NCBI GenBank assembly: GCA_965662235.1
Contig: CBFIGY010000011.1
Coordinates: 21,328-85,327, forward strand
DNA from: an uncultured bacterium
Lineage (GTDB): Bacteria; SAR324; NAC60-12
Direction: 5' to 3'
DNA: 64,000 bases
Shown here: positions 19,514-28,736 of the stretch, piece after piece
How the letters are laid out: each line of letters opens with the position of its first letter
Numbering within the stretch: the first letter of the stretch is position 1
The notes under the pieces: generated by a model
Database searches by the model: none
What the model was told of the DNA's origin: nothing
Seen by the model: the letters and a program-made list of their open reading frames with translations, nothing else
Program-made: the position numbers and the translations under genes

Positions 19514-22500
19514 ATGCCGGCACTGCCTCCTTACCAATGGCCCTTGCACCGAACCCGCATCCGGCAATTCCGTGAACGGGTCGAGGCTCGGATCCTAGCA
19601 GACTGGGTGCCCCTGCAGGCACGTTTTGCCCGGACGGTTGACCCGGTGCCGTTTGCGGAGCGGCAGGCCTTGGCCTACCAGCCCATTGAAGAAGGAGCGG
19701 TCTGGGGCACGACCTGGGACAGCGCCTGGTTTCACCTGACGGGAACCATCCCGGAGGCATGGCGTCACGAGAGAGTGGTGGCCGTGTTGGATTTCAATGG
19801 TGAGGGGTTGGTGTTCTCAGAAACCGGAGACCCGCTGCAGGGGCTGACGAACGGCAGCGTGTTTGGTGACCTGACCCGCAACACCTTCCGGATTCCCTCC
19901 TCGAATGGCGCCCGCCCGTCGGTGGACCTGTGGGTCGAGGCGGCGGCCAATGGCCTTTCGGGAGTTGCACAGCAGCGCAACCCACCCGGAACATTGAACC
20001 GAGAGGGCCTTTATGAAGGTCGCGTGAACCGCATCCGGCTGGCTCGTTTCCCGGAGGAACTCTATCACCTTTGGCTGGATCTGGAGGTGCTGGAAGGCGT
20101 CTTGGACACGGTTCCGGAAGACTCCATGCGGTTTGCCCGTCTCCTCCAGGGGCTGGTGGCGGTGCAGGCTGTGTATGCCGACCAACCGGAGAACGCATCT
20201 CAGTGCCGGGCCTTTTTGGCGCCGCTGCTGCAGATGCCTGCCCATGCAACCACCCTGACCCTCCAAACCGTTGGGCACGCCCACATTGACACCGGATGGC
20301 TCTGGCCCGTCCGGGAAACGATCCGCAAGTGTGCCCGGACCTTTGCCAACCAGTTGGACCTTCTGGAACGCTATCCGGACTACGTCTTTGGGGCATCGCA
20401 GCCCCAGCACTATGCCTTTGTCAAGCAGCACTACCCAACGCTGTATGCTCGGGTGCAGGAGGCGGTCGCGTCCGGGCGCTGGGAGCTTCAGGGCGGCATG
20501 TGGGTGGAGCCCGACTGCAACCTGGTGAGCGGCGAGTCTCTGGTACGGCAGATTCTTCATGGCAAGAACTTCTTCTGGCAGGAGTTTGGAGTGGAGGTCA
20601 AGACCTGCTGGATTCCGGACGTTTTCGGGTACTCCGCGGCACTGCCTCAGATTCTGCGCAAGTCCGGGATTTCGAGCTTCCTGACACAGAAGATCAGCTG
20701 GAACCAGTTCAACCGCTTCCCGCACCACACCTTCCGGTGGCAGGGGTTGGATGGCTCCGAAGTGCTCACCCACTTTCCTCCTGAAGACACCTACAACAGC
20801 CAACTGACAGCGGCTGGACTCAAGAAGGCGGAGCGGCAGTTTGCAGAGAAGGGGTTTCTGGACACAGCAATGAACCTCTTTGGCGTCGGAGACGGCGGAG
20901 GCGGTCCGACAGCAGAGATGATTGAACGCGGCAGGCGGCACCAGAATCTGGAAGGCTTGCCCCGGGTCCGCTTCGGGCGTGCCGATGCGTTTTTCGAAGC
21001 CCTGGCGTCTCAGGCTGAAGAGCTTCCGGTGTGGGTGGGCGAGCTTTACCTCGAGTACCACCGTGGCACCTACACCTCGCAGGCCCGGACCAAGTGGAAC
21101 AACCGCCGCTTGGAGGAAGCGCTCCGGGCAACAGAGTACCTTTACAGCCGCTTTCTTCCCCTAGACGCCTATCCTGCAGACACGCTTGAGGCGACCTGGA
21201 AGACCCTGCTCCTCAATCAGTTTCACGACATCCTTCCCGGGTCCAGCATCGGGTGGGTGTATGAGGTGACGGAACGTGAGCATGCGCAGGCACTGGCCAC
21301 CTGTGCCCACCTCCAAGACGCTGCGGCTGCGGTGGTGTTTCCAGAGCATCCGGACCGTTTGGTGCTGCTCAACACCCTGACGGTTCCCGTCACGTCCTCC
21401 CTGCTCCTCCCTTCCGGATGGGCGGGGGCTCAGCTTTTGGGCGGCCAGCCGCTGCCGACTCAGGCAGACCCGGACGGTTCGGTCTGGGCTCAGATCACGG
21501 TTCCAAGCCAAAAGGTTCTGACGCTTGAGCGCGGTCCCGAGGCGCCGACGTCGGTTCCGGAACCGCAGCGGGTGCTGGAAAATGACTGGATCCGCTACGA
21601 ACTGACGGAGCACGGTGAGCTGTGCCGGGCGTATGACAAGGAACTCCAGCGCGAGTGGTTGCCCCCGGGAACCCTGGGCAACGTCCTCTCGCTTTATGAA
21701 GACCAGCCTCACGCCTATGATGCCTGGGAAATCGACATCGGTTACGAAGCCTTGCTTCTGGAGACCGCTCAGGGGCAGTCTTGGACCTCGATGGGAAGCG
21801 GGCCGGTGCAGCAAGGACTGCGCTTCGTGCTCCGCGTGGGGCTGTCGACCCTGACCCAAACCCTGACGCTGGCAACGCACTCCCGGGAGCTGCGGGTGAC
21901 CACCGAAGTGGACTGGCAGGAAACGCACCGGATGCTCCGTGTCGCCTTCCCGGTTGCGGTGCAGAGTGACGCTGCGACCTTTGCCGTGCAGTTTGGCACC
22001 GTCAAGCGTCCGACTCATCAGAACACCAGTTGGGACGTCGCGCGCTTCGAAAGCGTTGCCCACCAGTTTGTGGACCTCTCGGATGCGTCCGGAGGCGTGG
22101 CACTGCTCAACGATGGCAAGTACGGACACAAGGTTCAGGGCGCCTGCCTCGACCTCAACCTCCTCCGCTCTCCCACCGATCCGGATCCGCACGCAGATCA
22201 AGGCCTCCACCGCTTCACCTACAGCTTCTTTCCTCATCCGGGAGACGTCGTCACCGGAAACGTTTGGGCGCAGGCGCAGGCTCTCAATCAGCCGCCGCTG
22301 TGCTTTCCCGGACGCACGGCCATGGAAACAGAGGCGCCGCAGGTTCGGGTGGTGGGCGAAGGTCTCAGCCTAGAAGCCTTCAAGAAAGCCGAGCAGGAAG
22401 CCTGCTGGGTGATCCGGATTGTGGAGGTGCTCGGGCGGAGCTGCACGGGGGGCCTCGAAGTGCCTCCGGAAGTTGAGATTGAGGAGACGGACCTGATGGA

Positions 22501-22612
22501 GTGGAAGCCCCTTGCTGGGCGACATACGGGGGCCATGCCATTGAACTTTCAGCCTTTTGAAATCCGGACCTTCAAGCTGTACCCACCACCGGAGTTGTCT
22601 TCAGACTCCTGA
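19514..22612 (+). CDS. glycoside hydrolase family 38 alpha-mannosidase
   Basis: 1032 aa with the GH38 catalytic-region motif VGHAHIDTGWLWP and a length and architecture typical of bacterial GH38 enzymes. Confidence 0.85.
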   Translation: MPALPPYQWPLHRTRIRQFRERVEARILADWVPLQARFARTVDPVPFAERQALAYQPIEEGAVWGTTWDSAWFHLTGTIPEAWRHERVVAVLDFNGEGLVFSETGDPLQGLTNGSVFGDLTRNTFRIPSSNGARPSVDLWVEAAANGLSGVAQQRNPPGTLNREGLYEGRVNRIRLARFPEELYHLWLDLEVLEGVLDTVPEDSMRFARLLQGLVAVQAVYADQPENASQCRAFLAPLLQMPAHATTLTLQTVGHAHIDTGWLWPVRETIRKCARTFANQLDLLERYPDYVFGASQPQHYAFVKQHYPTLYARVQEAVASGRWELQGGMWVEPDCNLVSGESLVRQILHGKNFFWQEFGVEVKTCWIPDVFGYSAALPQILRKSGISSFLTQKISWNQFNRFPHHTFRWQGLDGSEVLTHFPPEDTYNSQLTAAGLKKAERQFAEKGFLDTAMNLFGVGDGGGGPTAEMIERGRRHQNLEGLPRVRFGRADAFFEALASQAEELPVWVGELYLEYHRGTYTSQARTKWNNRRLEEALRATEYLYSRFLPLDAYPADTLEATWKTLLLNQFHDILPGSSIGWVYEVTEREHAQALATCAHLQDAAAAVVFPEHPDRLVLLNTLTVPVTSSLLLPSGWAGAQLLGGQPLPTQADPDGSVWAQITVPSQKVLTLERGPEAPTSVPEPQRVLENDWIRYELTEHGELCRAYDKELQREWLPPGTLGNVLSLYEDQPHAYDAWEIDIGYEALLLETAQGQSWTSMGSGPVQQGLRFVLRVGLSTLTQTLTLATHSRELRVTTEVDWQETHRMLRVAFPVAVQSDAATFAVQFGTVKRPTHQNTSWDVARFESVAHQFVDLSDASGGVALLNDGKYGHKVQGACLDLNLLRSPTDPDPHADQGLHRFTYSFFPHPGDVVTGNVWAQAQALNQPPLCFPGRTAMETEAPQVRVVGEGLSLEAFKKAEQEACWVIRIVEVLGRSCTGGLEVPPEVEIEETDLMEWKPLAGRHTGAMPLNFQPFEIRTFKLYPPPELSSDS

Positions 22613-22760
22613 AAAGACGCTGTCGCTTGCTCCTTTTTTCTGGACTCGTCACAATGGAAACCTTCCTCTGAGGGAACCTGCTCCTGAGCCGGAACCTCCG
22701 GCATCAGCAGGCCCACCTTGGGCCAGGCGCCCACGTTCATTGGTCTTCATCACAACTTCC

Positions 22761-23486
22761 ATGAAATCAGATGCATCTTCCTCCTCAGTAGCTGAGGGGA
22801 GGCTTTTTGGCATTGGTGTTGGTCCGGGCGACCCCGAGCTGTTGACGCTGCAAGCGGTCCGGGTCATGAACGAATGTGCGGTGCTGGCGTGGCCGGCGCC
22901 AGAGAGTGGCCGGGGGTTGGCATTTGACATTGCAGCGCCGCACCTACGAAACGAGTCACAGACCCGGCTTCCGCTGCACCTGCCGATTGGGCTCGACCCC
23001 TTTCCCGCGCAGCAGGCGTATGACGGAATGGCGGAGCGCCTGACTCCGTGGCTGGAGAGCGGTGCAACGGTTGGGGTCCTGTGCGAGGGCGACCCGCTTT
23101 TTTATGGCTCGTTCATGTACCTCTTGGAGCGGCTGGGAAGTCAGTTCCCGGTGACGGTGGTTCCGGGAGTTTCGTCGCTGATGGCCTGTGCTGCGGCAGC
23201 AAAGTGGCCTCTGGTTTCGCGCAATGAGCCGTTTCAGGTGCTGCCGGGGCCGCTTCCGAACGAGGTCCTCGAAGAGTGCCTCAGCCGTCCGGGAACTTAC
23301 GCCTTGATGAAGGTGGGGCGTCACTTTGCGCGACTGCGGGGGGTGCTGCGGGAATTGGGGCTGCTGAAGACGTCCTGCTACATCGCGCACGCTTCCCGTC
23401 CGGATGAGCAGGTGCTGCCGCTGGAGGAGGTGGTTCCGGAGGAAGTGCCTTACTTTTCCATGATTTTGGTGAAAACGCATGCCTGA
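22761..23486 (+). CDS. cobI: precorrin-2 (cobalt-factor II) C20-methyltransferase
   Basis: LFGIGVGPGDPELLTLQAVRVM... is the CobI/CbiL class-III SAM methyltransferase signature. I prefer the ATG at 22761 over the ORF-track start at 22557; the 68 extra N-terminal residues are Pro-rich junk with no Shine-Dalgarno. Confidence 0.8.
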   Translation: MKSDASSSSVAEGRLFGIGVGPGDPELLTLQAVRVMNECAVLAWPAPESGRGLAFDIAAPHLRNESQTRLPLHLPIGLDPFPAQQAYDGMAERLTPWLESGATVGVLCEGDPLFYGSFMYLLERLGSQFPVTVVPGVSSLMACAAAAKWPLVSRNEPFQVLPGPLPNEVLEECLSRPGTYALMKVGRHFARLRGVLRELGLLKTSCYIAHASRPDEQVLPLEEVVPEEVPYFSMILVKTHA

Positions 23487-25278
23487 CCCAATTGTCCTCT
23501 GTTTGAATGACGCTTCTCGCCCGCTTGCGGAGCAGGTGGCAGACGCGATTGGAGGAGTGGTGCATGGGCGCACCGGGCGGGTGTCTGAGGCAGCAGAACA
23601 CTTTTCGGACACGGTGACGCACCTGCAGGCTTGCTTTCAACAGGGGCACCCCTTGATTGCGCTCTGTGCCGCGGGCATTGTCATCCGGGCGCTGGCCCCG
23701 CTGCTGGCGGACAAACGGCAGGAGCCTCCGGTGCTGGTGGTGTCGGAAAATGGCGCTTCGGTGATTCCGCTGCTTGGAGGACACCAGCAGGCCAACCGTT
23801 TGGCGCAGACGCTGGCAGAAGCCCTTTCGGCTCATGCCGCTGTGAGCACCGCAGGAGACCTCCGGTTTGGCATCGCGTTGGACGATCCGCCTGATGGACT
23901 GACACTCGCGCATCCGGAGGCTGCCAAGTCCTTTATGGCGGCATTGCTGTCCGGCGCCTCGGTTCGCCTTGAAGGGCACCACCCTTGGCTGGCGGAGGCG
24001 ACGTTGCCGTGGGCAGACGACGCGACGCACGCGCTGGTAGTGACGCCTCAGGTGCTCCCGGAACATCCGGAGCGTTTGGTGTATCACCCCCGAACCCTGA
24101 CGCTGGGGGTGGGGTGCGAACGTGGGTGTTCTGTGGAAGAACTGCAGGCGCTGGTCACCGAGACCCTGGTGGCGCATCAGCTGGCACCTGAAGCGGTGGC
24201 CGGAGTCTATTCCCTGGACCTCAAGGCCGATGAGCCGGCTGTGCAGGCACTGGGGGCACAGTTAGAGAGGCCGGTGCGTTTCTTTTCCGCAGCAACCCTA
24301 GAGCAGGAGGCTCCGCGTTTGGCGCATCCTTCTGAAGTGGTGTTTCAGGAAGTGGGCTGTCACGGGGTCGCTGAGGGAGCAGCACTTGCTGCAGCGGGTC
24401 CGGAGGGGCTCCTGCGTGTTCCCAAACAGAAATCCACCCGAGCAACCTGCGCAGTGGCAGAAGTGCCTCAGCCGCTCGATGGCGCTGCGTGTGGGCGTTC
24501 GCAGGGGGTGCTCTCGGTGGTGGGAACCGGCCCCGGACAAGCGTCCTGGCGTCTGCCGGAGAGCGAACAGTGGCTCCGCGAGGCAACGGACTGGGTGGGG
24601 TATGGGCTGTACCTGGACCTCGTGGAGGACCTTCATGAAGCCCAGACGCAGCACCGGTTTCCGCTCGGTGAGGAGACCGATCGGGTTCGGCATGCCTGGG
24701 AGCTGGCGGCTTCCGGGAAAAACGTGGCGCTGATTTCTTCAGGAGACCCCGGAATTTATGCCATGGCGACGCTGGTGTTTGAGCTGCTGGAGGCCGAGGG
24801 AACTCCCGCGTGGCAACGGGTGCAGGTGCAGGTTGCTCCCGGCATTTCGGCGCTGCAGGCGGCTTCGGCTCGCATGGGGGCGCCGCTTGGACATGACTTC
24901 TGTGCCCTCTCGCTTTCGGACCTCCTGACTCCCCGAGAAGTGATTGAGCAGCGGGTGGAAGCGGCGGCAGCGGCTGATTTTGTCATTGCTTTCTACAACC
25001 CGGTTTCTCGGCGGCGGACGGAGCTGCTGGAGTGGGCCCGGGACCGGCTGCTCGCGCATCGACCTGCAGACACTCCGGTGCTGCTGGCCCGGAACCTAGG
25101 ACGCCCTCAGGAGTCGCTGCAGGTGCGGTCGCTTGCGGAACTGCGGAGTGCAGAGGTCGACATGCTGACGGTGGTGCTGGTGGGGTCGTCACAGACCCGA
25201 TTGGTTGATCAGCCCACGCGTCGCTGGATGTTCACGCCCCGAGGGTATGCAAAAAAACGCTCTGGGACTGGAAACTGA
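23479..25278 (+). CDS. fused cobalamin biosynthesis protein: N-terminal CbiG (cobalt-precorrin-5A hydrolase-like) plus C-terminal precorrin-3B C17-methyltransferase (CobJ/CbiH)
   Basis: The C-terminal half (...GVLSVVGTGPGQASWRLPESEQWLREATDWVGYGLYLDLV...SSGDPGIYAMATLVFELL) is a tetrapyrrole methylase of the CobJ type. The N-terminal ~330 aa has CbiG-like organisation. 8-nt overlap with cobI. Confidence 0.7.
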   Translation: MPDPIVLCLNDASRPLAEQVADAIGGVVHGRTGRVSEAAEHFSDTVTHLQACFQQGHPLIALCAAGIVIRALAPLLADKRQEPPVLVVSENGASVIPLLGGHQQANRLAQTLAEALSAHAAVSTAGDLRFGIALDDPPDGLTLAHPEAAKSFMAALLSGASVRLEGHHPWLAEATLPWADDATHALVVTPQVLPEHPERLVYHPRTLTLGVGCERGCSVEELQALVTETLVAHQLAPEAVAGVYSLDLKADEPAVQALGAQLERPVRFFSAATLEQEAPRLAHPSEVVFQEVGCHGVAEGAALAAAGPEGLLRVPKQKSTRATCAVAEVPQPLDGAACGRSQGVLSVVGTGPGQASWRLPESEQWLREATDWVGYGLYLDLVEDLHEAQTQHRFPLGEETDRVRHAWELAASGKNVALISSGDPGIYAMATLVFELLEAEGTPAWQRVQVQVAPGISALQAASARMGAPLGHDFCALSLSDLLTPREVIEQRVEAAAAADFVIAFYNPVSRRRTELLEWARDRLLAHRPADTPVLLARNLGRPQESLQVRSLAELRSAEVDMLTVVLVGSSQTRLVDQPTRRWMFTPRGYAKKRSGTGN

Positions 25279-25334
25279 GCGGACTTCCTGTCATCCTCCC
25301 CCAACGTCCTTCTTGCTCTCTTTTTCTGACTCAG

Positions 25335-25988
25335 GTGGCTATGACGCTCGCACTTTTTGACCTTGACCACACCCTGCTGGATGGGGACACGGAACGCCTG
25401 TGGGCCACTCGGCAGATTGAGTTGGGCTTCATGGAGGCATCGGTGATGGATCGATTTGCCGCATTTGATCAGGATTACGTGGCAGGGAAGCTCGATCTGC
25501 GGGCCTACATGCGTTACTACTTTGAGCCGCATCAGCGGCTGCCGCGAACCCTTTTGGAGCAGGCCCGGGATCAGTTTCTGGAAGAGGTCATCCGGCCTCG
25601 GCTTCGGCTTGCCAAACAGGTGGCTTGGCACCGGGAGCAGGGGCACGATTTGGTGCTCATTACCGCATCTTCCTGCTTCACAGGGTTGCCCATTGCCAAA
25701 CTGCTGGGTTTTGTCCATGGGTTGGCCACTGACATTGAGGAGACGCCGGAAAGATTTACCGGGGAGATCATCGGAACGCCTTGCTTCCGGGAACAGAAGC
25801 TGGTGCGGCTGCAGGCCCTCATGGAGGCTCATGGCTGGAGCCTAGAGGAAAGCTGGGGGTACAGCGACTCCATCAACGACCTGCCTCTGCTGGAAGCGGT
25901 CACACACCCGGTTCTCGTGACCCCTGACGCACGGCTGCAGGCGATTGGGGAAGCCCGGGGATGGAAGATCTTGGAGGATTTGTCCTGA
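25335..25988 (+). CDS. HAD-superfamily hydrolase, subfamily IB (phosphoserine-phosphatase-like)
   Basis: Motif I FDLDHTLLDG (DxDxT), motif II LITASS and motif IV GYSDSIND. Confidence 0.8.
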   Translation: MAMTLALFDLDHTLLDGDTERLWATRQIELGFMEASVMDRFAAFDQDYVAGKLDLRAYMRYYFEPHQRLPRTLLEQARDQFLEEVIRPRLRLAKQVAWHREQGHDLVLITASSCFTGLPIAKLLGFVHGLATDIEETPERFTGEIIGTPCFREQKLVRLQALMEAHGWSLEESWGYSDSINDLPLLEAVTHPVLVTPDARLQAIGEARGWKILEDLS

Positions 25989-25995
25989 GGCAGGT

Positions 25996-26021
25996 GGAAG
26001 GGCTGGCAAGCCAACCCTTCC
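25996..26021 (+). terminator. stem-loop immediately after the HAD gene stop, with no U-tract
   Basis: GGAAGGG-N12-CCCTTCC inverted repeat, 7-bp stem. Confidence 0.3.
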
Positions 26022-26428
26022 GGTAAACAGGCAGACCTCAAAGGGCCCGCCTGTGGGGACGCTAGAAATGGTGCAGAGAGTGTGCCGCCATTGAATGAGG
26101 GGTCGTTTTTTTGACCGAGACCGCGTGCAGGTTGAGGGCATTGAGCAGCAAGCTCAGCGCGATTCCGGTGCCGAGAGCCAGCAGGCGAATTTTTAGAGTC
26201 ATGTGGACCTCATGCGCAGGGAGTGAGTGAAAGTCCCTACCGTACGGGGTGCATGTGATGATTGATTGCTGAACACGTTAGAGTTCCGTGAGATTTCCTC
26301 CCTGTCGAGGGAGAGAAATGGTGCTGTTTGATGAAAACGGCATGTTTTTTGGAGCCCTGCTCCTTCAATAGGACCTGAAAGCCCGTTCAGGCGCTTTAAA
26401 AACCTCAGATCAAGGACCCTGAATCCTT

Positions 26429-27316
26429 ATGAAATTTCGAGTACTCATCCTGACCCTCTCTCTCGCCCTCCTCTCCAACGGGGCCATGGCCAAGTCGCCA
26501 ACGGCCGCCTATCAAGGTAAGTACAAGGCTGTGTTGCTGCTCAACGCGGACACCGGCAAGCCACTCCTCGCGGAAAACATTGACCGGACGGTGTATCCGG
26601 CCTCAGTGGTGAAGCTGATGACGGCGTTGCTGACGCTGGAAGCCGTGGAATCGGGTGATGTGCACTGGAAGGATGTGGTCGAGGTGTCTCGGAAGGCAAG
26701 CCGGATTGGCGGCAGCCAGGTTTACCTCAAGCAGGGGGAACGGTTTGCGCTGCAGGAGTTGACCAAAGCCATGATCATCAGCTCAGCCAATGATGCGGCC
26801 TATGCCATTTCCGAGTACCTCGGAGGAACCTCGGAGGACTTTGTGTTCCAGATGAATGAGCGGGCCCGTCAACTGGGCATGAACCACACCCGATACACCA
26901 GCCCACACGGTTTGCCACCAGGACGGAACCAGAAGCCGAACATCACGACCGCCCGGGACCTGTCCCTACTCGCGCAGGAGGTGCTGAAGCACCCAACCTA
27001 CTTCAAGTGGTCCTCGACTCGGCTCGACTCTTTCCGCAAGGGCACCTTTCAGCTCCTCAACACGAACCACAAGCTGCTCCGAAGTTACGACGGCATGGAC
27101 GGGATGAAGACGGGCTACTACCGCAAAGCGGGCTTCAACCTGGTGGCCACGGCCCACCGGAATGGTGAGCGCCTGATCTCCATTGTGATCGGCTCCCCCA
27201 ACTCTCGGGTCCGGAACCAGCTGACCGCCGCCCTGCTGGATTCAGGCTTCCAGCACCTTGCGCAACAGGCGCATCCGGAAGACGCGGAAGGCCTCCACTC
27301 CTTGGCCACCCGCTAA
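26429..27316 (+). CDS. D-alanyl-D-alanine carboxypeptidase (serine-type, peptidase S11 / PBP5-like)
   Basis: Signal peptide, SxxK (SVVKLMT), SxN (SSANDAA) and KTG (MKTGYY) active-site motifs. Confidence 0.85.
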   Translation: MKFRVLILTLSLALLSNGAMAKSPTAAYQGKYKAVLLLNADTGKPLLAENIDRTVYPASVVKLMTALLTLEAVESGDVHWKDVVEVSRKASRIGGSQVYLKQGERFALQELTKAMIISSANDAAYAISEYLGGTSEDFVFQMNERARQLGMNHTRYTSPHGLPPGRNQKPNITTARDLSLLAQEVLKHPTYFKWSSTRLDSFRKGTFQLLNTNHKLLRSYDGMDGMKTGYYRKAGFNLVATAHRNGERLISIVIGSPNSRVRNQLTAALLDSGFQHLAQQAHPEDAEGLHSLATR

Positions 27317-27371
27317 GCCCCCCTTTAGACGCCTCCGGGTGTTTCCCCACCGGCGTTGGCTCCTTCCGGGG

Positions 27372-27683
27372 TCAGGACGCCGGAGGGGCAAAGACGTTCC
27401 ACCGCTGCAGGCAGTTGCTCTTGATCTGAGCGTTCACGACCCGGTGGCAAAAGAGGTCATCCCCCTTGATCATGCCTCGGCAGTAGTTGCGCCGGTCCTT
27501 TTCCAGAATCTCCTCACAGAATAAAGACGCGACCGTTGGGTCAGGCGTGTTCAGGGCCTGACAGAGGTACCGGTCGTCCCCAAAGTCAACCCGTTCACAG
27601 GGACGGGCGGGAGCAACAGAGTCGGAGGCGGACGCGCAGCCGACCAGCAGCAGCGCGATGCCCAGCAACACAGAGGGATTCAT
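27372..27683 (-). CDS. small cysteine-rich lipoprotein (hypothetical)
   Basis: Lipobox LLVGC at residues 12-16, followed by six further Cys spaced about 12 residues apart. Confidence 0.55.
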   Translation of the reverse strand: MNPSVLLGIALLLVGCASASDSVAPARPCERVDFGDDRYLCQALNTPDPTVASLFCEEILEKDRRNYCRGMIKGDDLFCHRVVNAQIKSNCLQRWNVFAPPAS

Positions 27684-27824
27684 GGAGCATTGTTTGTGGG
27701 TAAGGAAAGGAGCCAGTCGGTCAAAATGCCTGAGGCTGTCCGGAAACGCACAACTCTACCGCACGTGCCCCATTTGGCACAAGAAGAGTTTTGAACAGCC
27801 GGTTGCTCGCCAGTCGCAAGGGTA

Positions 27825-27878
27825 GAAAAAAGAGGCGCCCGGCGGAAGAGACGCTTTTGAGGCGAGGTGGAGGCGCCT
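27825..27878 (-). terminator. Rho-independent terminator of the NfeD-SPFH operon
   Basis: Read on the minus strand: AGGCGCCTCCACC...GGGCGCCTC hairpin followed by TTTTTTCT, beginning 3 nt after the SPFH stop codon. Confidence 0.65.
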
Positions 27879-27881
27879 GCG

Positions 27882-28736
27882 TCAGGGGGTGCGGTCCTTG
27901 AACTGCTCGCTCAAGAGGGCCCCGAGGGCGCTGCCAAGGTCGGTTGGCAAGAACACCTTGGTGCCTTCATTCAGGTTTCCGAGTGTGTCAAAGTAACGGA
28001 CTCCCAGAGCCAACTTGGCCCCCTCTGGCCCCATCTTTTCGACAAACGTATACAGGTAGGTGGCATCCGCCTGCGCCCTCAGTTCCGTTGCACGGGCCTC
28101 GCCTTCGGCCCGCAGAATGGCAGACTGCTTGGCCCCTTCTGCCTCAAGCACCTGAGCCTGCTTGTGACCTTCTGCAGCAAGAATCGCCGCCCTTCGCTCG
28201 CGTTCGGCATTCATCTGCTTGTTCATGGAGTCCTGGACCTCATTGGGCACGAGGATTCCCTGGATCTCGACTCGGTTGGTCCGCATGCCCCACTTTTCCG
28301 AAACATCCTGCAGTTCATCCAAAATGGCGGTGTTGATGCGGTTCCGCTCAGAAATGACCTCATCCAGATTCATCCGCCCCACCACATCCCGTAAGGTCGT
28401 GAGGGCGACATTTCCAATCGCGAGGGGGAGGTTCTCCACCTCATAAACCGCTTTGGTGGGGTCAATGATTTGCCAAAACAGGATCGCGTTCACGGTGACC
28501 GTGATGTTGTCCCGGGTGATGCAGGGCTGCGGTTCGGTGTCCAGCACCTGTTCCTGCTTCGAGATGAGGATGTAGGAGAGGCGCTTGCGCTTGGTGGCAA
28601 TGCCCTGCCAGTGCCCCATGTCCTTGGGGGCTTCAATGAAGGGGAGGCGAATCCGTAACCCGGCCTGCTTGGTGGAGCTGTACTTGCCCAGGCGCTCGAT
28701 GATGATGACGTGGTTTTGCGGGACCTGATAGATCAT
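27882..28736 (-). CDS. SPFH/band-7 domain protein (stomatin/prohibitin-like, YqiK/QmcA-type)
   Basis: SPFH core followed by a long Ala/Glu/Gln-rich coiled-coil region (AERERRAAILAAEGHKQAQVLEAEGAKQSAILRAEGEA), typical of bacterial stomatin-like proteins. Confidence 0.9.
   Translation of the reverse strand: MIYQVPQNHVIIIERLGKYSSTKQAGLRIRLPFIEAPKDMGHWQGIATKRKRLSYILISKQEQVLDTEPQPCITRDNITVTVNAILFWQIIDPTKAVYEVENLPLAIGNVALTTLRDVVGRMNLDEVISERNRINTAILDELQDVSEKWGMRTNRVEIQGILVPNEVQDSMNKQMNAERERRAAILAAEGHKQAQVLEAEGAKQSAILRAEGEARATELRAQADATYLYTFVEKMGPEGAKLALGVRYFDTLGNLNEGTKVFLPTDLGSALGALLSEQFKDRTP

Noticed and set aside
16224-19760. Two long minus-strand ORFs (579 aa and 452 aa)
   Set aside because: They are antisense to three consecutive Gfo/Idh/MocA genes that have Rossmann and EKP motifs. 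The reverse-strand products are Arg/Pro/Gly-rich low-complexity.
19817-22237. 414-aa and 358-aa minus-strand ORFs
   Set aside because: They are antisense to the GH38 alpha-mannosidase gene.
22557-22760. N-terminal 68-codon extension of cobI in the ORF track, and a possible cobalamin riboswitch in the same leader
   Set aside because: The extension is Pro/Ala-rich with no Shine-Dalgarno, and the conserved CobI N-terminus begins at the ATG at 22761. The leader is too short (~148 nt) and lacks a B12 box, so I did not call a riboswitch. This call is only moderately certain.
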